Positions 57,964-64,000 of a stretch of 64,000 nucleotides of DNA are shown one piece after another. Origin of the DNA: a virus (Duplodnaviria > Heunggongvirae > Uroviricota > Caudoviricetes); the IMG/VR virus record IMGVR_UViG_3300029288_000055, positions 1-64,000 of that record; one strand, written 5' to 3'. The position numbers and the translations under genes were made by a program. The number at the start of each line of letters is the position of its first letter. Position 1 is the stretch's first letter. The notes under the pieces were generated by a model that was not told where the DNA came from, searched no databases, and saw nothing but the letters and a program-made list of their open reading frames with translations.

Positions 57964-60900
57964 TAACCAGTATTTTCAATAAAATTAATTTCTTTTATTG
58001 GTATTTTTTCAGGTGATTCATATGAATCCGAACGTGCTCTATGTGTATAAACAAAGAATCCATCTTTATCTGCACCCATGCTTACGCCTTCTGCTTTTAG
58101 CGTTTTATCCATTAATTCTTTTGGTTTAGTTAAACCATGTACATGACCACCTTCTTTATATGTCGAACCACCAGTAAAATATTTAAGAATCTTTTCTTTC
58201 ATTTCGGCACTAATAGATTTTGATCTCATTAATGCTGCTTTAGCATTTTCATAATCTGATTTGCCTTCATTTAATAATTCTCTATCTGTCAACGCCCAGA
58301 GTAATTCTTTTTTTAGTTTTTCATCATGTGTAAAGTCTTCATAATTATTTTGTATAAACTCAAGTACTGAAGCCTCTGAAGGGTCTTTATAACCACTATT
58401 TTCACCACCTTGATGATTCCATTCATCATATTTTTCAACAAAAAATGGTATGCCAACTTTCTGACCATTTATATCCCAAGTACTTATTTTTTCAGGCTCT
58501 AAAGCATCATATGAAAATTCTTTTAATAAACCTTTTTCATCAAGTGACAATATTTTACCGTCTTTTTTACCTTTATGACCTTTCCAAGTATAAACCAACT
58601 CATTACCTTTTAATATTCTTTCTTTTTCAAATGGTTTAACATATTTATCACCTTCACCTTTGTTAACATATGCAATAGTAATATGAGCATGATAGTCAGG
58701 AAATTTACTTGTATTTGGTAATTCTTTCATTATTCCATTTGCTTTTTTCAATACTTCTGAATCAACATCAAATTTAACTACGTCAAATTCAGGATTTTTA
58801 AACACTGAAATACCTTTAATACCTATTTCAATTGGCTTTAATGGCATTTTAGACTTGTAAAGCTCAAATACATCTTCTGCTGTTACTTCGTCATGAAAGC
58901 CATATAAAATTGTGGTATGTGGTTCGTTTTCAATACCATATCCTTCTTTATCATATATATCATTCTTGTCAATTATTGATGTTATCTTACTCCAGATAGG
59001 TACATCAAGAAATAACATTAAGCAACCATATTCAATTCTTTCTGGTATTTTTTCTTCATTAATTTCTTCTGCATTTGCAAATCCAACAATATTTCTTGCG
59101 TTTTGTAATGCATCATATTTTTTTATTGTTGTTAATCTTACATGCGAACCATTAATTGGATGGTTGTAATCAACTCTACCATTGTTAATAAATTCTTTAA
59201 GTTGTTCTTCAGTCATATTTGTTGTCCAAATATCGCCTTTAAATTTAGTGTCTAATGGACGCATTTCAATTAAATATGTGTTTGTTTCTTTATCAAAAAC
59301 AATTTTATTTAATATAACCATCATCATACCACTTGGACTGCCAAAATATAGTTTTTGATTACTATATTTTTTCCAACCCCAACTTTCGACATCTTCTTTA
59401 ATCATTGGCTTTTCTTGCTTTGCCAAAGATAATAATTCTTCTTTATTATTCATAGCCTTATTAGCATAAATTTTCAATAATAATGATTTTTGCATATCAC
59501 CAATTACTTTACCTTGTAAACCAAGTTGCATTAAATCATTACCATTTATTGCTAATTCATTAACTGTTTTTGGATATTTACCCTGCAGTAATTCTTGTGC
59601 TGCAGTTTTAATAACATTAGGTAATATCTGACTTTGCAATGAAGTTGGAGATATCACACACATATTATGAGCAACTGATCTTGCTTCAATCAAATTGGTT
59701 GCTTCACCACTTTCAAATGCTAATTGAAGTGCTTTTATTTCTCTGTATGCATTTTCGTCACCCTTTAAATTAGTTTTATAGAATTCTGCAGGATTATTAA
59801 CAAGATTTTTACTTAACAAGTAAACAAATTCACCCATTGTTCTGACTTTATCAAACGGTTCTTTTGTATTCCTGAAGTCATAATATAAACCTTTACCAAA
59901 TATTTCTTTTAATAAGCCAGTTTCATCCAATAATATAGCACCTGTCAAAATATTACCTTTTTTGATAATTTTATCAAATTCTGTCAAAATTCTTTCAGGA
60001 GCAATTTCTTTTACTCGACCAGCATTGTCTTGAATCATTTTCATTGTCTCTGGTTCAATAATAAAACCAAAACGACTTGCGAACTGTACGGCACGCAACA
60101 TTCTGAGTGGGTCATCACTGAATGCTTGTGGGTTAACAACCTTAATTATTTTATTCTTTAGGTCTTCCTGACCACCAAATGGGTCAACAACATTACCCTC
60201 AATGTCTTTTGCAATTGCATTTATTGTAAAATCTCTACGTTCCAAATCTTTTTCAATTGGTAATGCGTGATCTGATTTAACATCAAATCCTTGGTGACCG
60301 CCTTCACCAGTTGGTGTTTCAGTACGTGGAATTGCAATATCAATATCTTCAGTTGCTCCCTTTGGTTTAAATTTAAGAACACCAAATGATTTACCAACAG
60401 CATCTACACGACCATATTTGCCAAGTATTTGTTCAAGTTGTTCAAATGGCACACCAGTGATAAGAATATCTAAGTCTTTGGATTCTTTGCCAAGAAATTC
60501 ATCCCTGACAGCACCACCAACCGAATATATTTTACCACCAACTTCTTCAACATCTTCCCTGAACGGAAGATAATTTAATCCCATTATTTGTGCTTCATAT
60601 ATCATGCTACGCACTTTTTTATTTGAATATAAAAAATTATTTAAATTTTCTTTATCCATCGGTAATTTGAAAACGTAATTATATCCTTTAAATTCATCAT
60701 CAAGACCAACATCACCATAAATTTGTGATTCTCCACCCAATGAACTCGAATATGCATCAAGCAATATTTCTTTTAGTCTTTCTACTGTTGGTGCATGAAT
60801 ATCTAAAATATTTCCGATCTCTCCTTTATTAAAAATAATTCTTGTATAACCATCACCATATGCTTTTTCATATATTTCTCTTTGATTTTTTATCTCAGGA

Positions 60901-63900
60901 TATAATCGCACCAAATAAGCCAAATGTATATCAGAAGAAACAAATTTATTATCTGGTGTTATCCAACCTGAATGATCATAATTAGGCACAATAATTTTTG
61001 ATTCTGTCAACATTTCATTTACTGGTTCATGTTTTTGTTTACTCTTTTCTGGTTTAAAAGTTTTTACAAATGTATCATAAATTTTCTCAGCAATAACACG
61101 ATTTGCTCCATTTGGTATTTTTTTTCTGAACATCATTTCAATTTTGTTCGCAATCTCGTGAGCGTCATCATATTCGTAACCGTAATGTCTTATAATAAAA
61201 CTTTCAGTTCTTTCATGTAATAGTATTGCTTCAAAATCATTTGGCTTAATCATGAATACATCATCAATCCAATATTCATTTTCTGGAATATTTTTGGCAT
61301 ACTTTTGTTCATCTTCTGGAAGATCAGCATCAACCCAATGATTACCACCATCAACCCATTCAATAAATCCACTGTCACGAACCTGATCACCATTAACTAC
61401 AAAAACTTTATAAGTATTTTTTCCATCCTGATAATTTCTTATAAATTTTTTATCAAGTTCGTGAGTAATAATATCTTTTTCAATTTGTTTTTGAAATGTT
61501 GAAAAATCTTGTTCTGTTAAATCAAATTTATTTTCGGGACTAATGTTTGCAACATAGTCTGAGTAATTATCTGAATATATTTCAACAGATATTGTTTTTT
61601 CTTTATTCAAATATGCCTGTGCTACACGATGATATCCATCTTCAACTAAAAATGTTTTGTTTTCAATATTATAAAACACTAAAACTGGCTCATTTGTGGT
61701 AGTAGGTCTATCTTGTTTAATATCTTGAATTGATGCAATTATACCACGTTTACTAACTGTTAACTTGTTTAATGGAAAATCATTTACTGATATTGGTTCA
61801 TCTTTACTAACACCACGACTTAATTTATTTATATCAATTTTTTCATCTAAATCGTGTACATCTTCTTCGTTTAAATCCCAAAAATCAAATGAAGCCTGTT
61901 CAGCAAGATCATCAAAATCATCTGGTGATTTATCTGACATTATAGGTACTTTGCTGCCATATTTATTACGAATATAATTTTCAACATCACTTGATTTATA
62001 TTCTAATAATCGTCCAATCTCACGTGCTTCTTCTGGGGTTCTATCTGCAATATAACCATTGTTTCTTTTAACAATTTCATATAATAAATATGCATTAATT
62101 TTATCACGATATATGATTGCCATCATTGTTTGATGTGAAGTCATTCTCGTAGGAATAACACTAATTTTCTTTTTTTCTAATTTTTGAGCAATTGCTTTAT
62201 TTATTTCAGCAAAACCCACATTTCTTTTATTATTTAAAACCGATTTAATTGAATCAATATTAGTGCGAACATCTTTTACACTTATTTCTTCATTAATTTC
62301 TTCATTTTCTTTAAGCGGTTTTATATCCAAATTTTTAATATCACCTTGATTACAAGCAACGCTGGTATTACCAAGACCGCCTAATCTACATTTCTTTTTA
62401 ACATCAACAGTACTACTGCCAGCCATTGAAGATAATACTCGTTCAGATATTTCAAAATCATTAACTGGTGATGATATGTCAACAGCATTAATTGTTGATA
62501 TTTCTTTATTGAAAAAAGCAACTAATTTATGATATCCATCTATTAAAATTTTATCTGACACATTAACCACAAAATAGTCATTTAAATGTTTCTCAATATT
62601 TTCTTCATAATATTTTATTGTTTCTATTTGTTCTTTTTTTGCATAATCAAGACTATCCTCAATTTCACCATTATTGTAAAACAAATAAATATCTTTTACT
62701 TTTATTTGTTTAACTTCAAAATAATTATTATCATATTCATCAATAGTAATAAAATTCCATAATATTTCACGTTTGTCAGGCATTTCAGAATAAACATTAG
62801 ATAACTTAACGCCATTAATATGCTGAAATTCTTCACTCATTAAATATTCATCTTTGGTTGCATCATTCACATGATTATATTCTAAATCTTCATTATACAT
62901 TGATCTGTTTGCATTAAGATCATTTTGAATTGATGGCGAATTATCTGTATTATCATGTACAGGAAAATCATCTTGACCCATTGAATTATCGGTTGAAAAC
63001 TTAGCTGAACCATCTTCAGGTATGTATACAATATCCTGTGCGGTAAGTGTTGGTTCATTTGCTCTATAACCACCAATATCAAAGAATTTTAGTATCCCAT
63101 TTTTATATCCTAAATTACTTGGATTGCCATAATCATCTGATTTAATACCATATTTATATAATTCTTCCTGTATATTAATCAAATCAATTAAATAATCATA
63201 TGCCAATTCTCTATCTTCATTAGATATGTTTGTTTCAGGTTTATCTGTTAATATGTGCTTTGCAACTTCTGTTATTTCTGCAGGAGTTCTTTTACGCATT
63301 TTTAATAATATATCAATAAAATTTAAACCTGCTGGTTCAATTTTATTAATAATATCCATATATCTAAAAAATTCTGCTCTTGGTTTATCCTGAATGTTTT
63401 CTTGAAGTATAGCAAAAAATGCCAATTGTTTTTCAGTGTCAATTACTTTATAAAACGAATATATTTTACTAATATATTTTGGTTCTTCATTCATTAATTT
63501 ACCAGCAGCATCTGCTTCGCTTTTATCTGCTGTTAATTTAAAAATTACATTATCATTTACTGTAAAGGCATAACCATTTGCACCACCATCCAAATATTGT
63601 AATTGACCAATATTTAATTTTGCTGCAACAGCATTTGCCAATTCAATTGCATAGTTCTTATTCTCTAAAGTATATGGTTGAACTGCAGGTTTTGATGTAC
63701 TTGTTATTTCATTAATTTCATATTCTTCTTTAAGTAATGGTTCTCTATTATATAAATTTTGTTCAATAAGACATTCTTGAAGTGCTAACAAATTATTATA
63801 GAATTTCTTTTTCTCAGGAACACGTTTCAATACTTCTTTAAGATTATTTACACAGTTATGAAATTCATCAAGAACATATGGTGCACTTGGCAACTTTTTT

Positions 63901-63998
63901 GGATATTTATCTCTGGCAAGCACAAACGAAATGAAACCTTCATTAATAACGCCACCGCCATCACCAACACTATAGGGCATTTGCGCCCACATACCTCT
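57963..63998 (-). CDS. giant multi-domain (polyvalent) protein, N-terminus beyond window: kinase-like, 2x ParB-like, zincin-like, CCA-type nucleotidyltransferase, Acb1-like 2H phosphodiesterase, plus unknown domains
   Basis: GGANGYAF..FKLT..DYGN.SN..FFDIG; IDGYHK; EDGYHR; LHERTE..AH; VGGAVRD..DLD..RRDFTINA..DDPLRMLRA; YGCLM..PHTTILYG..HITIAY; the frame is open to the window edge. Confidence 0.9.
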   Translation of the reverse strand, partial: RGMWAQMPYSVGDGGGVINEGFISFVLARDKYPKKLPSAPYVLDEFHNCVNNLKEVLKRVPEKKKFYNNLLALQECLIEQNLYNREPLLKEEYEINEITSTSKPAVQPYTLENKNYAIELANAVAAKLNIGQLQYLDGGANGYAFTVNDNVIFKLTADKSEADAAGKLMNEEPKYISKIYSFYKVIDTEKQLAFFAILQENIQDKPRAEFFRYMDIINKIEPAGLNFIDILLKMRKRTPAEITEVAKHILTDKPETNISNEDRELAYDYLIDLINIQEELYKYGIKSDDYGNPSNLGYKNGILKFFDIGGYRANEPTLTAQDIVYIPEDGSAKFSTDNSMGQDDFPVHDNTDNSPSIQNDLNANRSMYNEDLEYNHVNDATKDEYLMSEEFQHINGVKLSNVYSEMPDKREILWNFITIDEYDNNYFEVKQIKVKDIYLFYNNGEIEDSLDYAKKEQIETIKYYEENIEKHLNDYFVVNVSDKILIDGYHKLVAFFNKEISTINAVDISSPVNDFEISERVLSSMAGSSTVDVKKKCRLGGLGNTSVACNQGDIKNLDIKPLKENEEINEEISVKDVRTNIDSIKSVLNNKRNVGFAEINKAIAQKLEKKKISVIPTRMTSHQTMMAIIYRDKINAYLLYEIVKRNNGYIADRTPEEAREIGRLLEYKSSDVENYIRNKYGSKVPIMSDKSPDDFDDLAEQASFDFWDLNEEDVHDLDEKIDINKLSRGVSKDEPISVNDFPLNKLTVSKRGIIASIQDIKQDRPTTTNEPVLVFYNIENKTFLVEDGYHRVAQAYLNKEKTISVEIYSDNYSDYVANISPENKFDLTEQDFSTFQKQIEKDIITHELDKKFIRNYQDGKNTYKVFVVNGDQVRDSGFIEWVDGGNHWVDADLPEDEQKYAKNIPENEYWIDDVFMIKPNDFEAILLHERTESFIIRHYGYEYDDAHEIANKIEMMFRKKIPNGANRVIAEKIYDTFVKTFKPEKSKQKHEPVNEMLTESKIIVPNYDHSGWITPDNKFVSSDIHLAYLVRLYPEIKNQREIYEKAYGDGYTRIIFNKGEIGNILDIHAPTVERLKEILLDAYSSSLGGESQIYGDVGLDDEFKGYNYVFKLPMDKENLNNFLYSNKKVRSMIYEAQIMGLNYLPFREDVEEVGGKIYSVGGAVRDEFLGKESKDLDILITGVPFEQLEQILGKYGRVDAVGKSFGVLKFKPKGATEDIDIAIPRTETPTGEGGHQGFDVKSDHALPIEKDLERRDFTINAIAKDIEGNVVDPFGGQEDLKNKIIKVVNPQAFSDDPLRMLRAVQFASRFGFIIEPETMKMIQDNAGRVKEIAPERILTEFDKIIKKGNILTGAILLDETGLLKEIFGKGLYYDFRNTKEPFDKVRTMGEFVYLLSKNLVNNPAEFYKTNLKGDENAYREIKALQLAFESGEATNLIEARSVAHNMCVISPTSLQSQILPNVIKTAAQELLQGKYPKTVNELAINGNDLMQLGLQGKVIGDMQKSLLLKIYANKAMNNKEELLSLAKQEKPMIKEDVESWGWKKYSNQKLYFGSPSGMMMVILNKIVFDKETNTYLIEMRPLDTKFKGDIWTTNMTEEQLKEFINNGRVDYNHPINGSHVRLTTIKKYDALQNARNIVGFANAEEINEEKIPERIEYGCLMLFLDVPIWSKITSIIDKNDIYDKEGYGIENEPHTTILYGFHDEVTAEDVFELYKSKMPLKPIEIGIKGISVFKNPEFDVVKFDVDSEVLKKANGIMKELPNTSKFPDYHAHITIAYVNKGEGDKYVKPFEKERILKGNELVYTWKGHKGKKDGKILSLDEKGLLKEFSYDALEPEKISTWDINGQKVGIPFFVEKYDEWNHQGGENSGYKDPSEASVLEFIQNNYEDFTHDEKLKKELLWALTDRELLNEGKSDYENAKAALMRSKSISAEMKEKILKYFTGGSTYKEGGHVHGLTKPKELMDKTLKAEGVSMGADKDGFFVYTHRARSDSYESPEKIPIKEINFIENTG

Positions 63999-64000
63999 AC

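Noticed and set aside
21730-63082. Numerous short opposite-strand or nested ORFs in the track (e.g. 21730..22110, 35799..36131, 47705..48094)
   Set aside because: Fully overlapped by longer motif-bearing genes; they are antisense or alternate-frame shadows.
57963-63998. Inteins or an assembly chimera explaining the giant ORF
   Set aside because: No intein C/S..HN splice motifs or LAGLIDADG blocks; the frame is continuous with uniform composition and consistent linkers. A read-level check is still advisable.
1-64000. Stop-codon reassignment
   Set aside because: Long genes are intact under code 11, and TAG and TGA both end genes at sensible boundaries.
1-64000. CRISPR array, DGR/retron, integrase or IS element
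   Set aside because: No regularly spaced repeats and no reverse transcriptase, recombinase or transposase motifs were seen.

Overview
AT-rich, densely coding 64-kb segment of a large (jumbo-type) myovirus-like phage genome. The host is most likely Bacteroidota, based on TTG-N~19-TAnnTTTG promoters and A/T-rich leaders without Shine-Dalgarno sites; the standard genetic code fits. From left to right: (1) an Rnl2-type RNA ligase cut by the window edge; (2) a GC-richer RNA island (~1.7-3.4 kb) of aberrant tRNA-like and structured RNAs, interrupted by an antisense Zn-finger/PD-(D/E)XK endonuclease; (3) early/middle accessory genes (HicB-like, SprT, DNA ligase, ATP-grasp, alarmone-hydrolase-like HD protein, thioredoxin, HAD, DEDDh exonuclease, lytic transglycosylase); (4) lysis and head-associated genes (patatin, amidase plus a dead paralogue, LxE-rich proteins); (5) a replication/recombination block (dCMP deaminase, GIY-YIG endonuclease, fused SbcD-SbcC, Hsp20, ECF sigma, primase, metallophosphoesterase, RuvC-like); (6) a T4-like baseplate module; (7) a glycosyltransferase and an operon of HAD, 2H and cysteine-hydrolase genes headed by a >2009-aa multi-enzyme protein. 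That protein carries kinase, 2x ParB-like, zincin-like, CCA-type nucleotidyltransferase and Acb1-like 2H domains separated by [LIVM]-x-E linkers. It is the best candidate for an undescribed system: a protease-processed, virion-delivered tRNA-repair/anti-defence polyprotein (inference). Three distinct promoter classes can be read from the DNA. All calls come from motif recognition by eye; no database searches or folding programs were run.
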